A stretch of 57,130 nt of DNA, filler included, from Catajapyx aquilonaris (lineage: Eukaryota): assembly GCA_000934665.2 (NCBI GenBank). It is 4 parts of 4 records of this genome, joined end to end, with 100 filler letters (N's around TTAATTAATTAA, not from the genome) between each part and the next. Parts side by side here need not be neighbours in the genome. Positions count along the whole stretch, not along the records: positions 1 to 14,202 come from JYFJ02007847.1; 3 more parts are not named here. The stretch is one strand, 5' to 3'. Below, in pieces: positions 1-10,793 of this stretch (positions within the stretch are counted from its first letter, which is position 1; each line of letters starts with the position of its first letter). A program made the translations under genes and the position numbers. The notes below the pieces were generated by a model. It saw nothing but the letters and a program-made list of their open reading frames with translations, had not been told where the DNA came from and did no database searches.

Positions 1-98
1 GTTTTATTAGTTCATATGTTGGGTTAGCTTGCATCTCCCTTCATCGCTGACTACCCCTCATAGGGAAATGTCGTGATGTTGTTGTTGTTGTTGTTGTA
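1..98 (+). repeat. 3' end of an interspersed repeat with a (GTT)n tail, probably a non-LTR retroelement tail
   Basis: Near-identical reverse-complement copy at ~48344-48444 on a different contig; ends in a (GTT)6-7 microsatellite. Confidence 0.6.
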
Positions 99-719
99 AC
101 ATACAAAAATGCATGTGACATGAAAATGTGACAACAAATGCGTATGACATGAGAAAGTGACATCCAAAAAAGTGGGTATGGCATATTGTGGCATAGAAAA
201 GTGTGTATGACATGAAAATGTGACATTTGCGGTACAGCCTGTATCGCGGATGCTTGGAAATGTCATTCTCCCACCATGAAAACATGACGCATACGCTGGA
301 GTAAATCCAGCGGTTTTTCTGCCCTTCCCCCGTTGCGTTGGTATGTTGTACCTGAACCGCTCCGGAGCAAGCTATTAGCGCGAACCAAACTCCGGAGCAA
401 GCTGGCAAGCTCCCACCCAAACTCCAGACCTGCTCCGACCTTGGCTCCACTCTGCTCCTGAACCGGCTGGAACCCAAACCAAACTCCGATGCTCTCTCCA
501 GACCCAGCTCTACTGCTCCGGAGTGGCTCACAACCCTTGTAGATAGGGTGGACGCAAGCTTCAAACCTGGGTAATTGTTGCCAACAGGTTCACTGACTAA
601 GTCTGTGTCTGACAAAAATGTGTGGTGAACAAATGCTTCACAACGAGGCGGTACTGGTTGGGAGTTGATCCAATGGACCGTAGTCCTTTGTGGAATTCTG
701 TCCCCAATGAATGGCATTA

Positions 720-2290
720 AATGTCCATTTTTATCAATGGCACCTACGCTTCATAAAATGTTAATGTGGTAGTGGTTTAGAACATCAACACCTATAATGC
801 CATCACAGTTAGGGCCAAGGTCAACATCAGAAACCCAAAAAGAATGATGTATTAAGTGTTTGTCTAACATTAAGTTAAACCAGTAGTTACCAGAAGTTTT
901 GAGAGTATCTCCTGATGCTACATAGCTTAATATTCGAAGAATCTGTGCACACACCGACATTGTATTGAGACAAGGAAGGAGTGACCAAAGAAACAGCAGC
1001 TCCTGTGTCGATCAAGAAAATAGTTTTTCTATCACCAATTACAACCTCGACCATTCGTGCTTTCGACTGAGTGATTAGTTGAATAAATTGCGTGTCCTGT
1101 GTCTGACAAGATGCTTGTTCCGGACTGGATGGAACGTGAGGTGATGGTGATATTGTGAATTTCGATTTGATAGGAATATGATGATGGTTGGTAGAGGGAT
1201 TTTGATGATCATTTTGGTCATTTTGTATATGACCAGCGTCAAGGCCCCCCCCCTTGATCGGGAACTACTTCTCGAAGGAGGGCCGTCCTCCGTTTCCCGA
1301 GCATGAATTTGCATAATGCTCTTTTAGCCCACACTTGTAGCAGATGACGTTGTTGTAAGGGCTAGGGCTCCGAGTGTAGTGGCTCTGCTCATCATACTGT
1401 TGTCTGTTGTGAGAACTATTATGATAATAACCCCTTGAGCTAGGACTCTGCCTATCATGATACTGGCCGTTGTGAGGACTATTGTGATAGGAACCCCTTG
1501 AGCTGTGGCGGTACGGACTTCTCCCACGATATGACTGGTTCAGGTAGTGGGTAGGCTTGTAGTCTCGATGTTGATGGTATGAACGGGGTGAAGGCTTATC
1601 ATATGACGAGTAACCACAGTTACTTGATGCAGATGGACTACGCCTCTGTTGTCTGCAGTAAGTGCCATCATGTGGGCCGTTAGAAGGACTCCTTCCCCTG
1701 TAAGGAGTAGGGCTTCGATGCGCTCTGTATTCCTTTCCTTTTTCTTCACACACAAACTCGGTTTTATCAGACACCTTTTCCTCTATTTGTAATACTCTAG
1801 ATGATTACTCATCTAGTTGGGTGGAAGACTTAACCTCATCTGCTTGAATGTTTTTGTTGTACTTCTAACTGTTCTTGCACAGATGCAAAGACTACCACCT
1901 CGTCAATGGTGGAGGCACCCTTCACGCTAACAAGTCCAGTGCTATTAGAAAGAAGTCCCTTGCTAAACTGGGCAAGTAATTGTGCCTGTAGTAGTGGGTC
2001 GTCTATGTATTAGTGTTAGATGTGGAGGCAATGCGTATGCCTATCTCTCTTAACCTGGAGGCATGGCTCCCTCCTTCCTCGACCCTAACCTCCTTCCTCG
2101 ACCTCTTGGTGTAGATCCGTAAGCTGAGACAAAAGGCTAGATATGCTTAGCTTTGACCCATGCCTTTCGACCAGACACTTGGAAAGACATTCCCAGTTTT
2201 GTGTTGTAGATATTGGCAGAGTGGACAGGTATGGCATTGCCAATAACCCGGAACTTGGTTATCAAATAATACTGACATGACTTTTGGCAT
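720..2290 (-). pseudogene. Degenerate LTR-retrotransposon (Ty3/gypsy-like) gag-protease region
   Basis: CCHC knuckle CYKCGLKEHYANSC (~1300-1342); retropepsin FLIDTGAAVSL (~985-1020); downstream DGIIGVDVL motif (~780-805); broken by stops and frameshifts; outer boundaries approximate. Confidence 0.75.
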
Positions 2291-2972
2291 TTATTGTGTT
2301 GCGAAGAGCCTGTCATCGTTCATGCCAGTGGCAACTTTTAAGCCTTATCCGTCTTGTTCTAGGTTCTTCTATGTCTGGGTGTTTCCTCTCTCTGCCAGCA
2401 ACATCCTGAAGTGGCTGCATGAGGAAGATGGCACCAACTTGAGCCCATTCTTTGCCATCGGAAGGTACCATCCTCAACCAAGGAACTGCATTTGGACTTG
2501 ACTGATCCCAGATGTACAGAAGCAATGGATACGATGTCACCTGCATTGTGAGTTGGTTTTCAGGTACAATCACCCTGCCTCCAGCAGGTGGGTTTTGTTA
2601 CAGTAAAAGTTCCTACTCACAGTCAGTAAGAGAGGAATTCTGTAGAAAGTTGATTATGCTCTGCGGATTGAAGATTTTCATGGAAAAAGGTGTGCAAGAG
2701 GAAGAGCGAGAGAGCTAGAATAACAAAGGAGTGACAGTCATCAGAGATACAGGAGTCAAAATGATAGTTAATTTCCAAAATTTCATAGGTCTGCAGGAAT
2801 TTGCAAGAATTTTTATGGAATCCTTAAGTGAGGTCAAATTTTTTTGAGAGAGTAATGTTTTGTACTTTAATAGCAAAATTGACTTAACCTGTTGACGGCA
2901 GAGTTTTTGGCCGGTTTTTGGGCAGTTTTTTTTCTCTCTTTTGTCCAAAATTTGATGCAGGACTGATATTAA

Positions 2973-3098
2973 CCCCTTCGGCCCCAGATCGGCCCGAACC
3001 ACACAGTTTTTGGCTTACGCGTACTCCGAAGATACGGACAAGATATTCTGCAAATAATAATAATAATATAGGTTCAGGCCGATCTGGGGCCGAAGGGG
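2973..3098. mobile_element. 126-bp piggyBac-type MITE
   Basis: TTAA on both sides; 28-bp TIR CCCCTTCGGCCCCAGATCGGCCCGAACC with one mismatch. Confidence 0.85.
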
Positions 3099-3187
3099 TT
3101 AATGAATAACAACTTCGCGCCAAAATTAATCATTTTTATTTGTGGTGGCCCTTTTTAATGTAAAATGCCGGAAAAAAAATTCATCTA

Positions 3188-4399
3188 CAGGGTGTCCCAG
3201 AAAGAATTTTTAAAGAATCGTTTGCTCGCGTAACGTTGATAGGCCTAACAAGTTTACATAATTATGAGGGGAAGTCAAAAAGTAACCTTAAAATGGCAGT
3301 ATAAAACCAACATCGCGTAGTAGACCATTTTCCTGCTAAAGTAGCATGCTTTCACAGGTCAGCTGCCAGTGTGCGCAGGCGCGTCGGTCTGATTGAAAGT
3401 GTGACGCCAGAGAACCACAATCAAGATGGCCGCCCCCTTGGACGCCTGCACCAAAGAGGAGCAGCGGACGGTTATCAGATTTTTGAGTAGTGAAGGTGTG
3501 AAACCAGCAGACATCCATCACAGGATGCAGAGGCAGTATGGGAGCTCCTGTCTGTCCCTTCAGCAGGTGTATGAATGGCACAGGAAGTTCAAAAGGTGTA
3601 GTCGCAGTTTGTGGCCGGCTAGAGCGAGCTGCATCAGTCACACTTGAGACGCCACTTTTGAACTTCCTGTGCCATTCATACAGCTGCTGAAGGGACAGAC
3701 AGGAGCTCCCATACTGCCTCTGCATCCTGTGATGGATGTCTGCTGGTTTCACACCTTCACTACTCAAAAATCTGATAACCGTCCGCTGCTCCTCTTTGGT
3801 GCAGGCGTCCAAGGGGGCGGCCATCTTGATTGTGGTTCTCTGGCGTCACACTTTCAATCAGACCGACGCGCCTGCGCACACTGGCAGCTGACCTGTGAAA
3901 GCATGCTACTTTAGCAGGAAAATGGTCTATGGATGTTGGTTTTATACTGCCGTTTTAAGGTTACTTTTTCACTTCCTCTCTCATAATAATTATCACCACA
4001 ACACTGTACTATGAGAAACTCCCAATGGTCAACCGAATCATGACATCACATCCCCCTGTGAAATTCAAACACTGCCGTATCGCTACTGTATGCAGTGCAT
4101 TGCCAGGTGTTGCCATGCTGCTGGTCCCCACATTCCATCCAACACTCGTGAACTTCATAAACTCGCGGGATTGTGGGGGATGGCGGCATGGAAACACCTG
4201 GCTGTGCACCATGCAGTAGCGATAGTGTAGTGTTTGAATTTCGTGGGCAGACGCGACATAATGATTTGGCTCCAACTTTCGGAGGCCTCGTGAATGATAA
4301 CCATGCATCATAAGGCGTTCAGACGTTCACTTCTATGTACTGGTTTTTCACAAGGAAGCTAATTACTCAAAGCTTGTGCGCCTTTTACCGACCACCCTG
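3188..4399. mobile_element. Possible old Tc1/mariner-like non-autonomous element (CAGGGTG...CACCCTG) with an internal hairpin at ~4033-4270
   Basis: TA-CAGGGTG at left, CACCCTG-CA at right; internal ~90-bp imperfect inverted arms. Confidence 0.4.
3265..3983. mobile_element. Mariner-derived foldback made of two inverted 5' halves
   Basis: TA flanks; ~330-bp near-identical inverted arms, each encoding the mariner N-terminal HTH region (MAAPLDACTKEEQRTVIRFL...YEWHRKFK) at 3426+ and 3824-. Confidence 0.9.
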
Positions 4400-4730
4400 C
4401 ATACCTTACATGTTAGCATGATTTAATAAAAGTTAATCATGAAACTCAAAACTGCGCTATGTTGCATTTTCAGGATACTATAGTGTACGACGGACATCTA
4501 CGAGACTTCAAGGGGACTTCAAAATCTTCAAAGGGACTTCAAGAACTTCAGTCGGATTTCACTCTCTCTTCAGTCAGTCTTCACGACCTTTATGCCTGGA
4601 CTTCAGTGTCAGTGTAAGGAGGAGATAAGTGACAAACCTGTCAATGCTTGCACCTGCGAGGTAAAGATGGCTGCTGTTTCCTGAGAGTTTCTGTGTTTAC
4701 GCACAGTGTGTTTGTCGTTGTTCTTTGAAA

Positions 4731-4893
4731 ATGGCATGGTCCACTATGGACGAGGATATGCTCTGCTTGCTCACAACAGCAGAATCTGACGACGAGGGGC
4801 TTTTGGACCTAGGTCAATTTGCTGAAGACGAAGCAGATGGTATTCCGGTCTCAGGGCCAGAGGACGATGAACCACACTCTCATTCTTCAACAG
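4731..4893 (+). CDS. piggyBac transposase exon 1 (acidic N-terminus)
   Basis: ATG 4731; D/E/S-rich peptide typical of piggyBac N-termini; donor CAG|GTGAGT (phase 1) is in frame with the acceptor at 5644. Confidence 0.7.
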
Positions 4894-5644
4894 GTGAGTT
4901 GAATGATTGATTGGCCTTTTCATGGTGCAACAGCATCAATGGTTGGAATTTTTGCCCTACTGCTAGTTACTGCTAATATACTACTAGCTACTGCCAGCCA
5001 CTTCTAAGCGTCTCGGTCCATACTGCTAGGGCAAGAAACATGGCTGATGGGAAAAAAATCCTCCAGTTGCTGGAGTCTGGCCATGCTACGTCCGATATCA
5101 GGGGTATAGGTGGTACAGTGGTTGGGCTGTAACAACTCACCTGATGCACATTCACCTAAGGGCAATTCGCCTGCCATATGTACTCATACACAGTGGGTAC
5201 TGGTACACCATACATGAAGAGCGGCAAAGCAAAACCCGCAAGATTCAATGTTGGCGGGAAACGATTTAGGCATGACACATAGGCTGTGATGCGGTGTTAA
5301 AAGCTGGTCGGGCAAAATGTGTTAGTTCCATAGTATATGAGCCCAAAAACTGTGATTCAAGCAAATACCGCAAGATCCAGCAGCATAGTGCAAGCAAAAC
5401 CAGTAAGATCTACAGAAAAGTTTGCGATGGATCTTCCTGGTCCGTCCCTCGCGCAACCCGAGGTTGTCACATCTCTTTCTATCCCACTGGGAAGGCGCTG
5501 ATATGCCCAGGCCTTTAGTGGCTGCTTACAAAAAGTGGATAGCAGTATGACGAAAATTCCATTTTTAGCAGTAAGATTAGCAGCTAAGTCACTTCAAACG
5601 AAAAAGACAAAAATTCAATATATGGTTTTCTTTTTACTCTACAG

Positions 5645-7209
5645 GTTGGCCACCACGTCCTCCAAAACTTAGGAAAAAGGCACCAGCCCCAACTTTGAAC
5701 TGGCAATTGACTGGCGATTTTGTGCCCACACTTTTCCAATGGAATGACACAGGGGCAGGTATTGCTCATTCTGTGGACTTGGATGAAAACAGTGAAGAAG
5801 TAGATTTTTTTGAACTGATCATCAACAAAGATGTCATGGACGTAATAGTTGAGGAGACAAACAGATATCATGAATTTGTAGTGCAGAGTAGTCAGAATGC
5901 AGACGAAGCGAGGGACAAATGGCTGCCAACCAATGAAAGAGAAATGTATCTCTTTTTGGCAACGTACATGTTGATGGCCCATGTGAAAAAAAATTGTTTG
6001 AAGGAATACTGGTCCGGCAATGAGCTGACTGCGACCCCCATGTTTGGAAAACTGTTCAGCCGAAACAGGTTCATGCAACTCCTGAAATTCCTACACTTTG
6101 CAGACAACAGAGAACAAGTACCCGGAGATAAGCTACATAAAATCAGAGCTGTGCTTGATTTCCTGAAAGTGAAATTGCAAGGCATATTCAAGCCTTTTCA
6201 AAAAGTCTGCATCGACGAAATTTTGATGCTTTGGAAGGGCCGACAAAGCTTCACACAATATATTCCTTCCAAACGTCATCGGTTAGGGCTGCAATTATTT
6301 GTACTATGCGACTGTGAGACAGGGTATGTCCTGGACTTCCTCGTATGTACAGGCAGTGCAACTGAAATTGAAATTGACGAGGAACTAGAAATTTCTGGTT
6401 CAGTCGTCAAAGAGCTCATGTCGTCCTACATCAAGAAAGGCCACATTTTATATGTGGATAATAGGTCCACCAGCCCCAAACTCTTCATGTACCTCCATGC
6501 TAATGAAACTGGTGCCTGTGGGACTGTCAGAAGCCACCGGCAGCTGATGCCAAAATTCCGCAATTTACAAAAAGGTGAGGTGGAGTACATGCACCATGGA
6601 GAGCTACTGGCAATGAAGTGGCATGACCGCCGTGACATCCACATGCTGACAACAGTGAACGAAGCAATAATGGTGACTACCTATGGAAAGGATCATTCAA
6701 CTAGTGAGAACAGAAAGAAACCTCTCTGCGTGGTAGACTATAATCAAAACATGGGCGTAGTCGACAAAGCTGACATGCAGCTTGCATTTGTGGAATGTGT
6801 GAGGAAATCCACCAAGTGGTACGTGAAGTTATTTTTTCACCTAATGGACATTGTGGTGCGGAATGCATTCATATTGTACAAGACCAGGACTGGCAGAAAC
6901 CCTCAACTGGTGGATTTCCGCAAGGAGCTCATCAGGCAACTCATCGAAAGACATAATGTGCCACGAAGGCCAGCAAAGGGTGGACGCCCAGGCCCAGACT
7001 CTCCACTCCGCCTAACAGAGCGCCACTTCCCTGAACCTGTACCATCCCAGGGAGGGAGAGAGAAGGGTCAGCGCACATGCCATGTGTGCAAGCACACAAA
7101 GTTGAGAGAAACGAAAAAGAAAATGTCGTCATATTGGTGCAGTACTTGTGGTTTTGGACTCTGTGTACATCCATGCTTCATGGAATTCCATACTAAGAAG
7201 CACTATTAG
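5645..7209 (+). CDS. piggyBac (PGBD4-like) transposase exon 2: DDD core plus C-terminal Cys-rich domain
   Basis: Open frame with CIDE, YVDN, MGVVDKAD motifs and C-terminal CxxC...CxxC-x4-C-x3-C-x4-H; polypyrimidine acceptor TTTTCTTTTTACTCTACAG at 5644; spliced product 575 aa. Confidence 0.92.
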
Positions 7210-7992
7210 CAAGGTAGGTGATTACTTTGTAAAGGTCCGGTTGTATAGGCTAATTTTCCCTTTTCATTGCTTCTTTCCAGGCCTCAGATAAAGGAGTCCA
7301 CCTGAGGGCCACACCATGGACATTCAATAAACGTCATGTAAGTCTGGACCCTTAGGAGTTTCTCATACTACAACAGTGTTGTAGTATTATTATGGTTTTG
7401 GCCTGTAGTTAACAATGCTGTGACTGAGTAAACTGGTTATTTTGATGTTATGAGATCCAGACAATTCTATGGGTACAGACTTACGGGAAACTCTGTAGAT
7501 GCATTTATTTCTGTTTTCCCATATGCAGAATTTAACATTTGAAAGGACCACCATGGTCCATGGGTATTAATATTTTAAAATGATCATTTCTGGGGCGTAT
7601 TATTATTCATTAATATCACTCCTACATCAAATTTGCATTTTTGAAAGAAAAAAAAAACAACCCCTCAGGCCATGGGGTTCTGCAATGGCCAAAAAACCTA
7701 GTCCTCAGCAGGTTAAAAATCCTTTGCCAGGACAAAGCAGCAATTCCCGGAGGCCTTTTAAAAATACAAAACATTTGATTCTCTGACATAATTATGTCCT
7801 GGGAGTGTTTTTCTCATTATTGGGTGGGTGTTTCTTCCTGCTTCCAAAGTGGCAGAAGCTGTGATCACGGAATCTCTTATGAGAAAGCATGCGGGAGAAT
7901 CCTTGTGCTAGCTGAAGTGCACTGGTAACAGGGGCAAGAAGCCACCTGTTGTGTCTGCAGAGCCACTTGAATATGTATTATCATTATTTCAG

Positions 7993-10793
7993 GTGGCGGA
8001 GTGAAAGAAGAAATATCACAGTTGAAGAGATTCCGTCAGAAGACTGTGTGCTTCATGGCACGCCAATGCAAACTCCAAGGAACAGGTAACTCAAAGAGAG
8101 GAAATACATGTGATTGTGCCCCCAGCATCACCCTGGATGTGCGCATTGTTGCCAGAATTGGCATCTCATACTGCGTTGCCTCCTTCCTTAATGACTGGGA
8201 GAGAAAAGTTTGCGTGGGGTATGTGGCTGCGACTTAAGGGTCATGAGTGCGGCACACTCCCATGCAAATACATGCATTTTTACATAATGATGGTCTTATG
8301 TGGAAACTACCTTCTGCAGCTTTTTGTTTGCATGCACTAAGAATCCTGGCACTTGCCTGCTCTTTAGTGGCCATAATTGACAATGGCTGCAGGCTCTCAG
8401 AGTTGTCGTTACATGAGTTAATTAGATCATTGCTTTAGAATATTACTTACTCTCAATTTCTGAAGCAAAAAAAATTATGCTTGATGTCTCAACTCTGTTA
8501 TGGGGTAACTCCATGTGTGATCAATCACTCATAAAGCCTTATCTTGCTGATGTTAATGGCAATTGGAAATGTTGTTCGGAAACTTAACATTGACACCTGC
8601 TATGAGCGAATCAAGGAGTGAAGAGTAATGTAAATAATAAAAACCATTCCAGCATTTGTAAAAAGTCTAGTTAATCGTGAGAGTTAACCTTCTTACTGCT
8701 CAAAGGAGGGGATTATGGCACAACATTTAATTAATGTTTGACAATGTTTAATAATGTTTGACAGTGATTAAAATACAATAAGGTGTCATTTTTGCTGCTA
8801 CTCTGCCAGTTTCCAAATCATGAATCAAATCTTGAAGACTATGCGCTAAAAAAATCGCCCTGTGAAACAATGAAAGATGATATCATTTTCAGATGAGAGG
8901 GTACTGTTTCATCTTTAGCTTATGACATATAATAATAATAATTAGGTAGTGTTGACCTCTTACGAGGTATTACACAGACCTTTATTCCTGTGCTTTACAA
9001 TCATTACATGGTTGTTCTGACACAGAGCCCTGGTCCATGGGCATAGGGGGAGGGGGAGGTTCCCAAGGGAGGGTGCTCTTAAATAGTGGCTATAGCAGAC
9101 CTTTTCTCCTGGCCCTGGTCAGAGAGGGGAGTGCAAGTCTGCCCGGACATGTCGCGTGAAAAGCGGAAAAAGACCCGACCAAGAAGAGGTGACGGAGACG
9201 GGATTTGAACCCCAGACCTCCCACTTGGCTGGCCAGTAGCATGGCCACTAGACCACCATGCCCCCCACCTTTAGCTTATGACATTAACATGGAAGAGTAA
9301 TGGGCACCATTCATTTTGGATGGGATAATTGCATGTAGAATTATAGGAGCTAGGGGATAAGGACGGGACACCTTTATACGAGTAGTTCACCCTCTCATAC
9401 ATTTTATTTTCCTCGCAGATCAAGATGGCCACATCTTCGAGCAACCACCAGTCCACTGTCTTACAGTAAGGTCTGGGCACTCCCCTCTTATTGCATGCCA
9501 TTGTCGGCTCCCACTAGGTGCTGGTGTTGCTCTTGCACTAACCGACGGTGGCCTAGTTTCCCAAACCGCCAATTCAAATCTGGTCTTCTCCAAGGCCGTG
9601 AGCAGCCGTGAGACTCCAAACTGCACCTTCAAACCTTGCCTCAATGCAAACGGATGTGGAAGTGCTAGGTTCCAGCTGTGCAAATTACCATGCTGCACTT
9701 GTGTGTATTGTGCAGATGTAATAAGCCTGCATCCTTCTCCTTCTGTAGTCTTCTGATCCTGTCAGCCGGCACCTGTGGCAGGATGTGCTGCCACCCGGAA
9801 GTGACATACTGTTAAAAGCAGGTCATAATCATCTGTTGAAGATAAAGGGGATTGTCTGCAAAGCAAATTAGGGTCTGCATCTCCTCCTGTGAGGTAGTTT
9901 TCCATGGAAGGGGCATAAAGAGCGACCTGTGGTAAATAGCTTGCACCATAATATCCGCACTCTGGGGACAAGAGTGAGGGGTGCTCTTCCATAACGACAC
10001 GCAAGTGCCAAAAACAAAATTTTACAGGGGAAGGTTTTTTCAATTTGTTCTAACACCTGGCCTAATGGACATTAAAGACTTTATGTATCGATATTATCGG
10101 AATGTAGCGGAGGCTTGTAGGACAGTCAAATTTTTAGTGCAACTCCAGAGTGACACTTGCCACAGGAAATGACTAAATAGTGGTTTCCCGCCAAAATGGC
10201 ACTTGCCTCATTATGGAAGAGCACCCTCAAGTACCTCGTAGGAGTAGACGTGTTGGAGCCGTGAGGGGGATTGAAGCCTTTATGTTTGTAGCGTTCCATA
10301 TAAGCCAGATCCTAGGCATGGGCATTGCGTGACTTGGGGAAATAATCGCGAATGAGTATTACAAGTTGTTGTGGCTGAGAGTTGAGGTGCAATTGGTTTG
10401 CATCGGGTGAGAAAGCCATCAATTCATGATTTGAAGCGGTTTGAAGTCTCACTGTCTAGGAGAAGACCAATCTTGAATTGGCAGTTTGGGAAGCTTCATC
10501 CGCCAGGATTCCCACTGTTGCTTAGTGCAGAAGTAACACCAGCGCTTAATCGGCGACCCCACTCCCTACAGGTGGGAGCAGGTAAGCTCATGGGGGTCTC
10601 CATAAGGCTGGGGTAGAAAGGGGCTGCACCAGTCTGTGTACAAGAATGTTAATAAAGAATGCATCCAGATAATGACAGTGGTTCCTCTGGCTTCTCTTTC
10701 TGTCCCTTCCAGATGTGTGCAACATTTTCTGAAAAGATAATTAAAATGCAACTCTGTGGTTTGATCGTGAAGCAGTTCAGCATTTCTAACTGA
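7993..10793 (+). CDS. Putative last three exons of an unidentified host gene (7993-8085, 9419-9465, 10713-10793)
   Basis: Canonical acceptors (TTATTTCAG, TTTTCCTCGCAG, TGTCCCTTCCAG) and donors (GTAACT, GTAAGG) join into an open frame GGVKEEISQLKRFRQKTVCFMARQCKLQGTDQDGHIFEQPPVHCLTMCATFSEKIIKMQLCGLIVKQFSISN*; a second frame is also open; no family recognised. Confidence 0.4.
8929..9268 (-). mobile_element. tRNA-derived SINE
   Basis: A box TGGTCTAGTGG and B box GGTTCAAATCC on minus; (TTA)n tail; 16-bp TSD CTTTAGCTTATGACAT at 8913-8928 and 9269-9284. Confidence 0.88.
9976..10228. mobile_element. Non-autonomous TIR element with GAG...CTC ends (Sola-like)
   Basis: GAGGGGTGCTCTTCCATAA...TTATGGAAGAGCACCCTC; flanks GAGT/AAGT are a near 4-bp TSD. 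Confidence 0.55.

Larger units (their letters stand above)
2888..7712 (+). mobile_element. Full-length piggyBac transposon carrying nested insertions
   Basis: TTAA at 2884-2887 and 7713-7716; imperfect TIRs CCTGTTGACGGCAGAGTTTTTGGCC / GGCCAAAAAACCTAGTCCTCAGCAGG; encloses the transposase. Confidence 0.85.

Noticed and set aside
100..290. Repeated CATGACATGAAAATGTGACA units as a CRISPR-like array
   Set aside because: Degenerate and irregularly spaced, in a eukaryotic context with no cas genes; a minisatellite-like repeat
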